DNA of 62,190 nt, filler included. It is 17 parts of 17 records of this genome, joined end to end, with 100 filler letters (N's around TTAATTAATTAA, not from the genome) between each part and the next. Parts side by side here need not be neighbours in the genome. Positions count along the whole stretch, not along the records: positions 32,291 to 36,940 come from SRR11831580_186; positions 37,041 to 40,413 come from SRR11831580_191; positions 40,514 to 43,269 come from SRR11831580_198; positions 43,370 to 48,154 come from SRR11831580_199; 13 more parts are not named here. One strand, given 5' to 3'. The notes under the pieces are model-generated. The model made no database searches and had not been told where the DNA came from. It worked only from the letters and a program-made list of their open reading frames with translations. Position 1 is the stretch's first letter, and each line of letters starts with the position of its first letter. Both the position numbers and the translations under genes were made by a program. Below are positions 33,267-46,875 of this stretch, in pieces.

Positions 33267-33448
33267 TATTCACTCTGACTTAAAAGTGATTTAGATCACA
33301 TAATATAGATAACAGCATAACAGTTACGCTAATATATTAAATATCAATCTACAGCAATGTTGCTCTCGCCCGGCTTTCCATGCCCTTCTCTGCGGCGACA
33401 GATGCTGAAAATAATAACGCCTGCTCTCTCTTTACAACCAAGGTCAAC

Positions 33449-33652
33449 ATGAGTCTGTTTCCCGTTATCGTGGTGTTTGGGCTGTCCTTCCCACCGATAT
33501 TTTTTGAATTGCTTTTATCACTGGCGATTTTCTGGCTGGTGCGCCGGGTACTTGTGCCAACAGGTATCTACGACTTTGTCTGGCATCCGGCGTTGTTCAA
33601 CACCGCGCTCTATTGCTGCTTGTTTTATTTGATATCGCGACTGTTCGTTTGA
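33449..33652 (+). CDS. aaeX: AaeX small membrane protein
   Basis: [16 protein letters not shown]...WHPALFN, 67 aa. Confidence 0.92.
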
Positions 33653-33659
33653 GGTTGAA

Positions 33660-34592
33660 GTGAAAACACTAATAAGAAAATTCTCCCGTACGGCCATCAC
33701 GGTCGTATTAGTCATTCTGGCCTTCATCGCAATTTTTAATGCCTGGGTCTATTACACCGAATCCCCCTGGACGCGTGACGCGCGCTTTAGCGCTGACGTC
33801 GTTGCGATCGCGCCGGACGTTTCTGGACTCATTACCCAGGTGAATGTTCATGATAACCAGCTGGTGAAAAAAGGACAGATACTGTTCACCATCGACCAGC
33901 CGCGCTATCAAAAGGCGCTTGAGGAAGCGCAAGCCGATGTTGCTTATTATCAGGTACTGGCACAGGAGAAACGCCAGGAGGCCGGACGTCGTAACCGTCT
34001 CGGTGTGCAGGCGATGTCTCGCGAAGAGATCGACCAGGCCAACAACGTACTACAAACGGTTCTGCATCAGTTAGCGAAAGCGCAGGCGACCCGCGATCTG
34101 GCAAAACTGGATCTTGAACGCACGGTGATCCGCGCGCCAGCAGATGGCTGGGTGACCAACCTCAACGTCTATACCGGTGAGTTTATTACTCGAGGATCAA
34201 CGGCGGTTGCGCTGGTGAAACAGAACTCCTTCTATGTACTGGCCTATATGGAAGAAACTAAGCTGGAAGGGGTGCGTCCGGGGTATCGTGCAGAGATCAC
34301 GCCGCTTGGCAGTAACAAAGTGCTGAAAGGGACTGTTGATAGTGTTGCCGCAGGGGTCACCAACGCCAGCAGCACGCGTGACGACAAAGGGATGGCGACT
34401 ATAGACTCTAACCTTGAATGGGTGCGTCTTGCGCAACGTGTTCCGGTTCGTATTCGTCTCGACAACCAGCAAGAGAACATCTGGCCTGCGGGCACCACTG
34501 CTACAGTGGTGGTCACTGGCAAACAAGATCGCGACGAAAGCCAGGATTCGTTCTTCCGTAAAATGGCCCATCGCCTGCGTGAGTTTGGTTAA
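33660..34592 (+). CDS. aaeA: Aromatic carboxylic acid efflux membrane-fusion protein
   Basis: 310 aa; [18 protein letters not shown]. Confidence 0.96.
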
Positions 34593-34597
34593 TCACG

Positions 34598-36565
34598 ATG
34601 GGTATTTTCTCCATTGCTAACCAACATATTCGCTTTGCGGTAAAACTGGCGACCGCCATTGTACTGGCGCTGTTTGTTGGCTTTCACTTCCAGCTGGAAA
34701 CGCCACGCTGGGCGGTACTGACAGCGGCGATTGTTGCCGCCGGTCCGGCCTTTGCTGCGGGAGGTGAACCGTATTCTGGCGCTATTCGCTATCGTGGCTT
34801 TTTGCGCATCATCGGCACATTTATTGGCTGTATTGCCGGACTGGTGATCATCATTGCGATGATCCGCGCACCATTATTGATGATTCTGGTGTGCTGTATC
34901 TGGGCCGGTTTTTGTACCTGGATATCCTCGCTGGTACGAATAGAAAACTCGTATGCGTGGGGGCTGGCCGGTTATACCGCGCTGATCATTGTGATCACCA
35001 TTCAGCCGGAACCATTGCTTACGCCGCAGTTTGCCGTCGAACGTTGTAGCGAGATCGTTATCGGTATTGTGTGTGCGATTATGGCGGATTTGCTCTTTTC
35101 TCCGCGATCGATCAAACAAGAAGTGGATCGAGAGCTGGAAAGTTTGCTGGTCGCGCAATATCAATTAATGCAACTCTGTATCAAGCATGGCGATGGTGAA
35201 GTTGTCGATAAAGCCTGGGGCGACCTGGTGCGACGCACCACGGCGCTACAAGGCATGCGCAGCAACCTGAATATGGAATCTTCCCGCTGGGCGCGGGCCA
35301 ATCGACGTTTAAAAGCGATCAATACGCTATCGCTGACGCTGATTACCCAATCCTGCGAAACTTATCTTATTCAGAATACGCGCCCGGAATTGATCACTGA
35401 TACTTTCCGCGAATTTTTTGACACGCCGGTAGAAACCGCGCAGGACGTCCACAAGCAGCTCAAACGCCTGCGGAGAGTTATCGCCTGGACCGGGGAACGG
35501 GAAACGCCTGTCACCATTTATAGCTGGGTCGCGGCGGCAACGCGTTATCAGCTTCTCAAGCGCGGCGTTATCAGTAACACAAAAATCAACGCCACCGAAG
35601 AAGAGATCCTGCAAGGCGAACCGGAAGTAAAAGTAGAGTCAGCCGAACGTCATCATGCAATGGTTAACTTCTGGCGAACCACACTTTCCTGCATTCTGGG
35701 CACGCTTTTCTGGCTGTGGACGGGCTGGACTTCCGGCAGTGGTGCAATGGTGATGATTGCGGTAGTGACGTCACTGGCAATGCGTTTGCCGAATCCACGC
35801 ATGGTGGCGATCGACTTTATCTACGGGACGCTGGCCGCGCTGCCGTTAGGGCTGCTCTACTTTTTGGTGATTATCCCTAATACCCAACAGAGCATGTTGC
35901 TGCTGTGCATTAGCCTGGCAGTGCTGGGATTCTTCCTCGGTATAGAAGTACAGAAACGGCGACTGGGCTCGATGGGGGCACTGGCCAGCACCATAAATAT
36001 TATCGTGCTGGATAACCCGATGACTTTCCATTTCAGTCAGTTTCTCGACAGCGCATTAGGGCAAATCGTCGGCTGTGTGCTCGCGTTCACCGTTATTTTG
36101 CTGGTGCGGGATAAATCGCGCGACAGGACCGGACGTGTACTGCTTAATCAGTTTGTTTCTGCCGCTGTTTCCGCGATGACTACCAATGTGGCACGTCGTA
36201 AAGAGAACCACCTCCCGGCACTTTATCAGCAGCTGTTTTTGCTGATGAATAAGTTCCCAGGGGATTTGCCGAAATTTCGCCTGGCGCTGACGATGATTAT
36301 CGCGCACCAGCGCCTGCGTGATGCACCGATCCCGGTTAACGAGGATTTATCGGCGTTTCACCGACAAATGCGCCGCACAGCAGACCATGTGATATCTGCC
36401 CGTAGCGATGATAAACGTCGTCGGTACTTTGGCCAGTTGCTGGAAGAACTGGAAATCTACCAGGAAAAGCTACGCATCTGGCAAGCGCCACCGCAGGTGA
36501 CGGAACCGGTAAATCGGCTGGCGGGGATGCTCCATAAGTATCAACATGCGTTGACCGATAGTTAA
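34598..36565 (+). CDS. aaeB: Aromatic carboxylic acid efflux pump subunit
   Basis: 655 aa FUSC-type membrane protein. Confidence 0.96.
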   Translation: MGIFSIANQHIRFAVKLATAIVLALFVGFHFQLETPRWAVLTAAIVAAGPAFAAGGEPYSGAIRYRGFLRIIGTFIGCIAGLVIIIAMIRAPLLMILVCCIWAGFCTWISSLVRIENSYAWGLAGYTALIIVITIQPEPLLTPQFAVERCSEIVIGIVCAIMADLLFSPRSIKQEVDRELESLLVAQYQLMQLCIKHGDGEVVDKAWGDLVRRTTALQGMRSNLNMESSRWARANRRLKAINTLSLTLITQSCETYLIQNTRPELITDTFREFFDTPVETAQDVHKQLKRLRRVIAWTGERETPVTIYSWVAAATRYQLLKRGVISNTKINATEEEILQGEPEVKVESAERHHAMVNFWRTTLSCILGTLFWLWTGWTSGSGAMVMIAVVTSLAMRLPNPRMVAIDFIYGTLAALPLGLLYFLVIIPNTQQSMLLLCISLAVLGFFLGIEVQKRRLGSMGALASTINIIVLDNPMTFHFSQFLDSALGQIVGCVLAFTVILLVRDKSRDRTGRVLLNQFVSAAVSAMTTNVARRKENHLPALYQQLFLLMNKFPGDLPKFRLALTMIIAHQRLRDAPIPVNEDLSAFHRQMRRTADHVISARSDDKRRRYFGQLLEELEIYQEKLRIWQAPPQVTEPVNRLAGMLHKYQHALTDS

Positions 36566-36568
36566 GTC

Positions 36569-36597
36569 AAAACCGACGCCAAAAGCGTCGGTTTTTT
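36569..36597 (+). terminator. Rho-independent terminator after aaeB
   Basis: AAAACCGACGC-CAAAA-GCGTCGGTTTTTT. Confidence 0.8.
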
Positions 36598-36656
36598 CAT
36601 GGCTATACTTAGCGATGCACGGCAGAACTCGCCGCGAAACGTGACGGTGGCAACAG

Positions 36657-36929
36657 ATGAATATTTATACCTTTGATTTTGATGAGATTGAGAGTCAGGA
36701 GGATTTTTATCGTGACTTTAGCCAAACCTTTGGTCTGGCGAAAGATAAGGTACGCGATCTCGACTCACTATGGGATGTGTTAATGAACGATGTCCTGCCG
36801 CTACCACTTGAGATTGAATTTGTTCATCTGGGAGAGAAAACGCGTCGCCGTTTTGGCGCGTTAATATTGCTGTTTGATGAGGCAGAGGAAGAGCTGGAAG
36901 GGCATTTGCGTTTTAATGTTCGTCATTAG
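36657..36929 (+). CDS. yhcO: Barstar-family protein YhcO
   Basis: 90 aa; DLDSLWDVL barstar-like motif. Confidence 0.9.
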   Translation: MNIYTFDFDEIESQEDFYRDFSQTFGLAKDKVRDLDSLWDVLMNDVLPLPLEIEFVHLGEKTRRRFGALILLFDEAEEELEGHLRFNVRH

Positions 36930-37040
36930 CGCAAAAAAAANNNNNNNNNNNNNNNNNNNNNNNNNNNNNNNNNNNNNNNNNNNNTTAATTAATTAANNNN
37001 NNNNNNNNNNNNNNNNNNNNNNNNNNNNNNNNNNNNNNNN

Positions 37041-38189
37041 AAAAACCCGCAACAAGGTGGCCCAATTGCTTATGCCGGAGAAATTTCCCCTGCATTTGGT
37101 TTTCAGACAGGTGTTCTTTATTACCATGCTAACTGGATTGGTAACCTGGCGATTGGTATTACCGCTGTATCTTATCTTTCCACCTTCTTCCCAGTATTAA
37201 ATGATCCTGTTCCGGCGGGTATCGCCTGTATTGCTATCGTCTGGGTATTTACCTTTGTAAATATGCTCGGCGGTACTTGGGTAAGCCGTTTAACCACTAT
37301 TGGTCTGGTGCTGGTTCTTATTCCTGTGGTGATGACTGCTATTGTTGGCTGGCATTGGTTTGATGCGGCAACTTATGCAGCTAACTGGAATACTGCGGAT
37401 ACCACTGATGGTCATGCGATCATTAAAAGTATTCTGCTCTGCCTGTGGGCCTTCGTGGGTGTTGAATCCGCAGCTGTAAGTACTGGTATGGTTAAAAACC
37501 CGAAACGTACCGTTCCGCTGGCAACCATGCTGGGTACTGGTTTAGCAGGTATTGTTTACATCGCTGCGACTCAGGTGCTTTCCGGTATGTATCCGTCTTC
37601 TGTAATGGCGGCTTCCGGTGCTCCGTTTGCAATCAGTGCTTCAACTATCCTCGGTAACTGGGCTGCGCCGCTGGTTTCTGCATTCACCGCCTTTGCGTGC
37701 CTGACTTCTCTGGGCTCCTGGATGATGTTGGTAGGCCAGGCAGGTGTACGTGCCGCTAACGACGGTAACTTCCCGAAAGTTTATGGTGAAGTCGACAGCA
37801 ACGGTATTCCGAAAAAAGGTCTGCTGCTGGCTGCAGTGAAAATGACTGCCCTGATGATCCTTATCACTCTGATGAACTCTGCCGGTGGTAAAGCATCTGA
37901 CCTGTTCGGTGAACTGACCGGTATCGCAGTACTGCTGACTATGCTGCCGTATTTCTACTCTTGCGTTGACCTGATTCGTTTTGAAGGCGTTAACATCCGC
38001 AACTTTGTCAGCCTGATCTGCTCTGTACTGGGTTGCGTGTTCTGCTTCATCGCGCTGATGGGCGCAAGCTCCTTCGAGCTGGCAGGTACCTTCATCGTCA
38101 GCCTGATTATCCTGATGTTCTACGCTCGCAAAATGCACGAGCGCCAGAGCCACTCAATGGATAACCACACCGCGTCTAACGCACATTAA
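37041..38189 (+). CDS. cadB: Lysine:cadaverine antiporter (5' truncated)
   Basis: APC family; LWAFVGVESA; upstream of cadA. Confidence 0.96.
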   Translation, partial: KNPQQGGPIAYAGEISPAFGFQTGVLYYHANWIGNLAIGITAVSYLSTFFPVLNDPVPAGIACIAIVWVFTFVNMLGGTWVSRLTTIGLVLVLIPVVMTAIVGWHWFDAATYAANWNTADTTDGHAIIKSILLCLWAFVGVESAAVSTGMVKNPKRTVPLATMLGTGLAGIVYIAATQVLSGMYPSSVMAASGAPFAISASTILGNWAAPLVSAFTAFACLTSLGSWMMLVGQAGVRAANDGNFPKVYGEVDSNGIPKKGLLLAAVKMTALMILITLMNSAGGKASDLFGELTGIAVLLTMLPYFYSCVDLIRFEGVNIRNFVSLICSVLGCVFCFIALMGASSFELAGTFIVSLIILMFYARKMHERQSHSMDNHTASNAH

Positions 38190-38268
38190 TTAAAAGTATT
38201 TTCCGAGGCTCCTCCTTTCATTTTGTCCCATGTGTTGGGAGGGGCCTTTTTTACCTGGAGATATGACT

Positions 38269-40413
38269 ATGAACGTTATTGCAATATTGAATCACATGGG
38301 GGTTTATTTTAAAGAAGAACCCATCCGTGAACTTCATCGCGCGCTTGAACGTCTGAACTTCCAGATTGTTTACCCGAACGACCGTGACGACTTATTAAAA
38401 CTGATCGAAAACAATGCGCGTCTGTGCGGCGTTATTTTTGACTGGGATAAATATAATCTCGAGCTGTGCGAAGAAATTAGCAAAATGAACGAGAACCTGC
38501 CGTTGTACGCGTTCGCTAATACGTATTCCACTCTCGATGTAAGCCTGAATGACCTGCGTTTACAGATTAGCTTCTTTGAATATGCGCTGGGTGCTGCTGA
38601 AGATATTGCTAATAAGATCAAGCAGACCACTGACGAATATATCAACACTATTCTGCCTCCGCTGACTAAAGCACTGTTTAAATATGTTCGTGAAGGTAAA
38701 TATACTTTCTGTACTCCTGGTCACATGGGCGGTACTGCATTCCAGAAAAGCCCGGTAGGTAGCCTGTTCTATGATTTCTTTGGTCCGAATACCATGAAAT
38801 CTGATATTTCCATTTCAGTATCTGAACTGGGTTCTCTGCTGGATCACAGTGGTCCACACAAAGAAGCAGAACAGTATATCGCTCGCGTCTTTAACGCAGA
38901 CCGCAGCTACATGGTGACCAACGGTACTTCCACTGCGAACAAAATTGTTGGTATGTACTCTGCTCCAGCAGGCAGCACCATTCTGATTGACCGTAACTGC
39001 CACAAATCGCTGACCCACCTGATGATGATGAGCGATGTTACGCCAATCTATTTCCGCCCGACCCGTAACGCTTACGGTATTCTTGGTGGTATCCCACAGA
39101 GTGAATTCCAGCACGCTACCATTGCTAAGCGCGTGAAAGAAACACCAAACGCAACCTGGCCGGTACATGCTGTAATTACCAACTCTACCTATGATGGTCT
39201 GCTGTACAACACCGACTTCATCAAGAAAACACTGGATGTGAAATCCATCCACTTTGACTCCGCGTGGGTGCCTTACACCAACTTCTCACCGATTTACGAA
39301 GGTAAATGCGGTATGAGCGGTGGCCGTGTAGAAGGGAAAGTGATTTACGAAACCCAGTCCACTCACAAACTGCTGGCGGCGTTCTCTCAGGCTTCCATGA
39401 TCCACGTTAAAGGTGACGTAAACGAAGAAACCTTTAACGAAGCCTACATGATGCACACCACCACTTCTCCGCACTACGGTATCGTGGCGTCCACTGAAAC
39501 CGCTGCGGCGATGATGAAAGGCAATGCAGGTAAGCGTCTGATCAACGGTTCTATTGAACGTGCGATCAAATTCCGTAAAGAGATCAAACGTCTGAGAACG
39601 GAATCTGATGGCTGGTTCTTTGATGTATGGCAGCCGGATCATATCGATACGACTGAATGCTGGCCGCTGCGTTCTGACAGCACCTGGCACGGCTTCAAAA
39701 ACATCGATAACGAGCACATGTATCTTGACCCGATCAAAGTCACCCTGCTGACTCCGGGGATGGAAAAAGACGGCACCATGAGCGACTTTGGTATTCCGGC
39801 CAGCATCGTGGCGAAATACCTCGACGAACATGGCATCGTTGTTGAGAAAACCGGTCCGTATAACCTGCTGTTCCTGTTCAGCATCGGTATCGATAAGACC
39901 AAAGCACTGAGCCTGCTGCGTGCTCTGACTGACTTTAAACGTGCGTTCGACCTGAACCTGCGTGTGAAAAACATGCTGCCGTCTCTGTATCGTGAAGATC
40001 CTGAATTCTATGAAAACATGCGTATTCAGGAACTGGCTCAGAATATCCACAAACTGATTGTTCACCACAATCTGCCGGATCTGATGTATCGCGCATTTGA
40101 AGTGCTGCCGACGATGGTAATGACTCCGTATGCTGCATTCCAGAAAGAGCTGCACGGTATGACCGAAGAAGTTTACCTCGACGAAATGGTAGGTCGTATT
40201 AACGCCAATATGATCCTTCCGTACCCGCCGGGAGTTCCTCTGGTAATGCCGGGTGAAATGATCACCGAAGAAAGCCGTCCGGTTCTGGAGTTCCTGCAGA
40301 TGCTGTGTGAAATCGGCGCTCACTATCCGGGCTTTGAAACCGATATTCACGGTGCATACCGTCAGGCTGATGGCCGCTATACCGTTAAGGTATTGAAAGA
40401 AGAAAGCAAAAAA
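38269..40413 (+). CDS. cadA: Inducible lysine decarboxylase (stop codon lost at spacer)
   Basis: MNVIAILNHMG...QSTHKLL (PLP lysine)...KVLKEESKK, 715 codons. Confidence 0.98.
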
Positions 40414-40513
40414 NNNNNNNNNNNNNNNNNNNNNNNNNNNNNNNNNNNNNNNNNNNNTTAATTAATTAANNNNNNNNNNNNNNNNNNNNNNNNNNNNNNN
40501 NNNNNNNNNNNNN

Positions 40514-40712
40514 CAAAGAGGCGGCAGGGGCGGCGACGGGGTTTGTCGGCTTGTTTGCTTATCTGGGGGCGTCGCTTGCTGGTTGGCCGCTGGCGAAAGT
40601 ACTCGATACCTGGCACTGGAGCGGATTTTTTGTGGTTATCTCTATCGCCGCCGGGATTTCCGCACTGCTGTTACTGCCCTTTTTGAACGCCCAGACACCG
40701 CGCGAAGCGTGA
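40514..40712 (+). CDS. uhpC: UhpC C-terminal fragment
   Basis: KEAAGAATGFVGLFAYLG...LNAQTPREA*; upstream of uhpT. Confidence 0.88.
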
Positions 40713-40812
40713 TGCATCTCACCTTTTCACTTCATATCCGGCAAAACTAAGAAATTTTCCAGGTTTTGCCTGGACGCTATCTCAGGCCTGATTTGCTGCT
40801 GATTTTTACAAT
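40705..40812 (+). promoter_or_regulatory. uhpT promoter: CRP site, UhpA inverted-repeat site, -10 box
   Basis: GTGA-N6-TCAC at 40709-40722; GGCAAAAC...GTTTTGCC at 40740-40770; TACAAT at 40807-40812. Confidence 0.8.
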
Positions 40813-40849
40813 GCATGCCTCACGCAGGTATTCATTTCAGGAGTAACCC

Positions 40850-42241
40850 ATGCTGGCTTTCTTAAACCAGGTTCGCAAGCCGACCCTGGACCTTCCGCTC
40901 GAAGTGCGGCGCAAAATGTGGTTCAAACCGTTCATGCAATCCTACCTGGTGGTCTTTATCGGCTACCTGACGATGTACCTGATTCGCAAGAACTTTAACA
41001 TCGCGCAGAACGATATGATTTCGACCTACGGGTTGAGCATGACGCAGCTGGGGATGATCGGCCTGGGTTTCTCCATCACTTATGGCGTGGGTAAAACGCT
41101 GGTTTCCTACTACGCCGACGGCAAAAACACCAAACAATTCCTGCCGTTCATGCTGATCCTCTCTGCTATTTGTATGCTGGGCTTCAGTGCCAGTATGGGC
41201 AGCGGCTCGGTTAGCCTGTTCCTGATGATTGCCTTCTACGCCTTAAGCGGCTTTTTCCAGAGTACCGGCGGTTCGTGCAGTTACTCCACCATCACCAAAT
41301 GGACGCCGCGTCGTAAACGCGGGACATTCCTCGGTTTCTGGAATATTTCTCACAACCTTGGCGGTGCAGGCGCAGCAGGTGTGGCGCTGTTCGGGGCAAA
41401 TTACCTGTTCGATGGCCATGTCATCGGCATGTTTATCTTCCCGTCGATTATCGCGCTGATTGTCGGTTTTATCGGCCTGCGTTACGGCAGCGACTCCCCG
41501 GAATCTTATGGCCTCGGCAAAGCTGAAGAACTGTTCGGCGAGGAGATCAGCGAAGAGGACAAAGAGACAGAATCTACCGATATGACCAAGTGGCAGATCT
41601 TTGTTGAGTATGTGCTGAAAAACAAAGTGATCTGGCTGCTGTGCTTCGCCAACATTTTCCTCTATGTGGTACGTATTGGTATCGACCAGTGGTCAACCGT
41701 ATACGCGTTCCAGGAACTGAAACTCTCTAAAGCGGTGGCGATTCAGGGCTTTACGCTGTTTGAAGCTGGTGCGCTGGTCGGTACGCTGCTGTGGGGCTGG
41801 CTCTCTGACCTGGCGAACGGTCGCCGTGGCCTGGTGGCCTGCATCGCGCTGGCGCTGATTATCGCCACGCTCGGTGTGTATCAACATGCCAGTAACGAAT
41901 ATATCTATCTGGCTTCTCTCTTTGCGTTGGGTTTCCTGGTCTTTGGCCCGCAATTGTTGATTGGTGTGGCTGCTGTTGGCTTTGTACCTAAAAAAGCGAT
42001 TGGCGCTGCCGATGGTATTAAAGGCACCTTTGCTTACCTGATTGGTGACAGCTTTGCCAAGTTAGGTCTGGGAATGATTGCCGATGGGACGCCGGTATTC
42101 GGCCTTACCGGCTGGGCAGGCACCTTCGCCGCGCTGGATATCGCCGCGATTGGTTGTATCTGCCTGATGGCGATAGTGGCGGTAATGGAAGAACGCAAAA
42201 TCCGCCGCGAGAAAAAAATTCAGCAGTTGACAGTGGCATAA
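40850..42241 (+). CDS. uhpT: Hexose-6-phosphate:phosphate antiporter
   Basis: 463 aa [12 protein letters not shown]. Confidence 0.97.
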
Positions 42242-42259
42242 ACGTAACTGGTGACTTTT

Positions 42260-42284
42260 GCCCGGCATGACGCCGGGCTTTTTT
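42260..42284 (+). terminator. Terminator between uhpT and adeD
   Basis: GCCCGGC-ATGAC-GCCGGGC followed by a T run. Confidence 0.75.
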
Positions 42285-42285
42285 A

Positions 42286-43269
42286 TTATTCCGTGACTTC
42301 CAGCGTAGTGAAGGCAAACTTCTCGCCATCAAATAGCCCCTGACTGGTTAGTTTTAGCGCGGGGATCACTGGCAGAGAAAGAAACGCCATCTGAATAAAC
42401 GGCTCATCGGGTAACGGACCGCATTCACGGGCGGCGGCTTTCAAGGCGTCAATTTGTTCCGCCAGCGACTGCGCCGTGTCGGTGCTCATCAGCCCGGCAA
42501 TGGGTAACGGCAGATGACTTTGTACCTGGCCGTTACGTACCACGCACAGCCCGCCGCCATCCTGAATCACCTGATTGACCGCCAGCGCCATCTCTTCGGC
42601 ACTGCGACCGATCACCACAATATTATGGCTGTCATGGCTGACCGTCGCAGCCAGCGCACCTTCATTCAGTCCAAAGCCGCCAAGCAAACCACAAGCCGGA
42701 GCCAGCCGTTGCCCGTAACGCTCAAGTACGGCAATAAAGCTCACATCATCGCGATCAAAACCATTTTCGCTGTAGACGCTGGAGTGGGAGTGCGTAATCA
42801 ATTCGTTATGGATGACGTCAATGACCCGATAGCGTTTTCCGGGCGTAAATTGCAGGGCAAAGTCGCTGGCGGAAACTGGCTGGCGGGCAATGGTGTTGCC
42901 ATATGGCGGAGCGGATTGTGCCAGTCTCGCCGACTCTTCCGCCTGTAAGGTTTGCGCATCAATCGGCTCGCCTTTCACCAGTACCTGCTGCACCGTGACC
43001 TTACGCGCATCGCTCAACAGGACGATATCGGCCTGCTTGCCGGGTGCCAGTAAGCCGAGGTGATTCAGACCAAAGTGGCGCGCCGTCGACCAGCTGGCGA
43101 CGCGATATGCCACATGCAGCGGCACATTGTGTTGTTCGATCAGGCGGCGAATTAAGGCATCGATGTGTCCTTCATGGGCGATCTCCCACGGGTTACGGTC
43201 ATCGGTACAGAGCATGCATTGCGGGCTGTTAAATTCGTTGATCAACGGTGCCAGCGCGTTGAGATTGCG
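42286..43269 (-). CDS. adeD: Adenine deaminase (5' truncated)
   Basis: [21 protein letters not shown] motifs. Confidence 0.94.
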
Positions 43270-43369
43270 NNNNNNNNNNNNNNNNNNNNNNNNNNNNNNN
43301 NNNNNNNNNNNNNTTAATTAATTAANNNNNNNNNNNNNNNNNNNNNNNNNNNNNNNNNNNNNNNNNNNN

Positions 43370-44626
43370 CCCGGTCAGTTGCGGCCAGTCAGCAAAGTCC
43401 ATCGCCCACGCCAGCCGCGCACGATTAAGCTCATCAGAAGGAAGCGTCTGGGTTTGTTCGTCGTTAATGCTTTGCAGCAGGTTTTCCAGACGCCGCAGGA
43501 ACAGATACGCCACTCGCAATTGTTCAGCATCGTTTTCAGAAAGCAGATGCAGCTCGGCAATGGCGCTGAGCGTTGGCAGTAAAGAGCGCGATTGCAGCGA
43601 CGGTTCGCGTCCGCCGCGAATGAGCTGGAACACCTGAACGATAAATTCAATTTCGCGAATGCCGCCTGCGCCGAGTTTGATATTGTCGGTCAAACCACGT
43701 CGACGCACTTCACGGGCAATCATCCCTTTCATGTTGCGCAGCGACTGAATCACGCTGAAATCGATGTAACGACGGAAAACAAACGGGCGCAGCATCGCAC
43801 GCAACTCGTTAGCATAGACGCCTTCGCTATCGCCCATAATCCGCGCCTTGACCATCGCGTAACGCTCCCAGTCGCGCCCCTGCTCCTGGTAATAATCTTC
43901 CAACGCGGCAAAGCTCAGCACCAGCGGGCCACTTTCGCCAAACGGACGCAGCCGCATATCCACGCGATAGACGAAGCCATCCTGCGTTGGTTGATCCAGC
44001 ACTTTAATCAGCCGCTGCCCCATGCGGGTAAAAAACTGCGCGTTATCCAGTTCCCGGCGTCCACCCTGCGTACAACCATGTTCCGGCCAGGCAAAAATCA
44101 GATCGATATCAGAGGAGAAATTCAGCTCCCCACCGCCCAGCTTACCCATGCCTAAAATCAGCAGCGGTTGCGCTTCGCCCTGCGCATTGCACGGCGTTCC
44201 CCACTCGCGGCAGCAGGCGTCATACAGCCAGTCACGCGCCGCAACAATCAGCGTCTCCGCCAGATAGCTGAGCTGCTGCAATATGCTCTCTTCAGTAACC
44301 AGTGCCAGCGTTTGCGCCCAGGCGATGCGCACCATAATGCGCCGCCGGAATAGCCGCAGCTCGCGCATTAACCCGGCTTCGTCACTCACATTACAGAGCG
44401 CCTCCTGCAACCATGCCGCGTAATGCTGCCATTCGTCGGCCTGCGGCGGTTGGCTTTCCAGTTCCGTCAGCCACTCTGGATGCGCAATCACGCTGTCCTG
44501 CACAAAATCACTAAAAGTAAGTACTGACTTCGCCTGTGCGCTAAGTGATTCCTCGGCTAAAGGCTCTGGCAGCCGCTCAACAACGGTCTGCCAGTACTGC
44601 TGTAACGGTGAAGAGAGCGGCTTCAT
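43370..44626 (-). CDS. glnE: Glutamine synthetase adenylyltransferase/adenylyl-removing enzyme (3' truncated)
   Basis: [12 protein letters not shown] from 44626; [18 protein letters not shown]. Confidence 0.96.
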
Positions 44627-44648
44627 AAGCGATTTTATCCTTGCCTGA

Positions 44649-45950
44649 TTAACGTTTTCCGCTGTGCAACCAGAACGGTTCCTGATTGTTTGCCTCATTA
44701 CGGAAATGTTCAATTTCGATGCGTTGCCCGGTCGCAATAGCGTGATGCAGCCCCTGCCAGTTCTCCAGCCAGGCTTGCGCGACGACAGGATCATAGTAAC
44801 CCGCCAGCAACAGTATTGAGTCAATATCACGCGTCAGGCGTGGCAACTGGTCACGGTAGCGATCGCCTAACGGCTGGCAGAAAACGCTTTTCAGTTCAGC
44901 GGCATGGCGGGAAAGATGGATATCGGCAAAGCGTTTGAAGGAGTCGCTGATTTTGCCCTGCGCTTTGGCATCTAAAAATGGCTGCCATGCTTTGCTTACC
45001 AACCATTCGGTCAACGCCAGCTTCGCCATTGCCGTTTCGGTAGAGTAGACCGCCGTCACGGCAGACACCGCAGAAGCAATGGTCGCCTCGCATTGAGTCA
45101 GCAGATCACGTAAGTGAGTGCTCGCTTTACGCGGCACAATACCACCGAACAGCATCAGCGTATGACGGACCAGGCTAATGGCTGCCAGCACCTGTTCTTT
45201 CGCCGCATCGTTGCCGCGTACCCACAGTTCTTCATGATACTGCCATTGCGCTAACGCCAGCTCGAGCGCCGCTTCCAGCCCCTGTTCCACATCGGCTTTT
45301 GCCGCAACATGCAAAATGGTGGTCGGTTTGATTTCACGCGCCGGATTGCCCTGCGCCAGATGATAGCCACGCGCCGCTTTGCTCAGGCTGCCCTGGCGTA
45401 ATCCGGTTTGCGATACCAGTTGGTTCGCCAGTTTCAGCACCGCGCGCGTGTCGCCGCTAAGCAGTTCCAGTTCCAGCTCACAGATAGGTTCAGCAAATTC
45501 ACCCGCTTTCACTTCCCCCTGGTCGAGGGCGATTTCAATTTGGCTACCATCGACCGCCACCAGCCATTTTTCGCGATAAAAATCGGTGCTGAACAGCGGC
45601 TGCACGCGGGAGGCGAGATCGGCGGGCAATTCGCCGTTCGGCCAGACTTCCGTCGGTAACTGCGCCAGGTCGAGCGTCGGTTCGCTCAACGCCACGTTAT
45701 ATTCCGGGCGCTGATGTAAGCCGCCTGTCACTCTTCCTGCAACTTTCATGGTCATCTCATAGCGACCGTTTTCGCCACGAATACGTAAGCCCATATCGTG
45801 CCCACGCAGCCAGTTATCCGGCGTTTCGTAGTAAATATTCAGCAACTGCACGGGGTCATGGTGCTCGCCGCCCAGCGTATTGAGATGGTCACGCAACGCC
45901 TCAACGGCACTGTGATTAACAATAAACTTTAATTCGATTTCCTGAGCCAT
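44649..45950 (-). CDS. ygiF: Inorganic triphosphatase (CYTH-CHAD)
   Basis: MAQEIELKF (EXEXK motif), 433 aa. Confidence 0.95.
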
Positions 45951-46191
45951 GGCCTTTACTTATCGGTTATGTCACATAAGTGACGATGAACGGCGAACTT
46001 AATGCGATCTTTTTTGTCAGTAGATAGTATTTTGCGCCAAATTGCCATGCAACGGGCAATTTGACGGGCGTAAAAGTTTGAAGCAGTGGCAAGACCTGAC
46101 ACAGAGGATTCCGATTGATGTCGAATGCTTTGCGTAGCGACACTGATGCCACTACTATCGTTCCACTTTCCATGACAATAACGACAGCCTG

Positions 46192-46812
46192 ATGCCAAAA
46201 TTACGCCTGATCGGATTAACTTTACTCGCACTTAGCGCGACTGCCGTCTCACACGCTGAAGAAACGCGCTATGTTTCCGACGAACTGAATACCTGGGTCC
46301 GCAGCGGTCCGGGAGATCATTATCGCCTCGTGGGCACGGTTAACGCCGGCGAGGAAGTGACCTTATTACAAACTGACGCCAACACCAATTATGCCCAGGT
46401 GAAAGACAGCTCTGGCCGTACCGCCTGGATCCCGTTGAAACAACTTAGCACTGAGCCAAGCCTGCGCTCCCGTGTGCCAGATCTGGAAAATCAGGTCAAA
46501 ACCCTGACCGATAAACTCACCAATATCGATAACACCTGGAATCAGCGCACCGCAGAAATGCAGCAAAAAGTGGCGCAGAGCGACAGCGTGATCAACGGGT
46601 TAAAAGAAGAAAATCAGAAACTGAAAAACGAGCTGATTGTCGCGCAGAAAAAGGTCGATGCCGCCAGCGTACAGCTGGATGACAAACAGCGCACCATCAT
46701 CATGCAATGGTTTATGTATGGCGGTGGCGTGCTGGGGCTTGGCTTGCTGCTCGGTCTGGTACTGCCGCACCTGATCCCAAGCCGCAAACGCAAAGATCGC
46801 TGGATGAACTAA
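46192..46812 (+). CDS. ygiM: SH3b-domain membrane protein YgiM
   Basis: Signal peptide, SH3b domain, coiled coil, C-terminal TM. Confidence 0.93.
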   Translation: MPKLRLIGLTLLALSATAVSHAEETRYVSDELNTWVRSGPGDHYRLVGTVNAGEEVTLLQTDANTNYAQVKDSSGRTAWIPLKQLSTEPSLRSRVPDLENQVKTLTDKLTNIDNTWNQRTAEMQQKVAQSDSVINGLKEENQKLKNELIVAQKKVDAASVQLDDKQRTIIMQWFMYGGGVLGLGLLLGLVLPHLIPSRKRKDRWMN

Positions 46813-46875
46813 ATCGCCTTCTTCGTTGCACTGTCTTATTATTAGGAATTGTGTATTTGACGAAGGGATGATGGC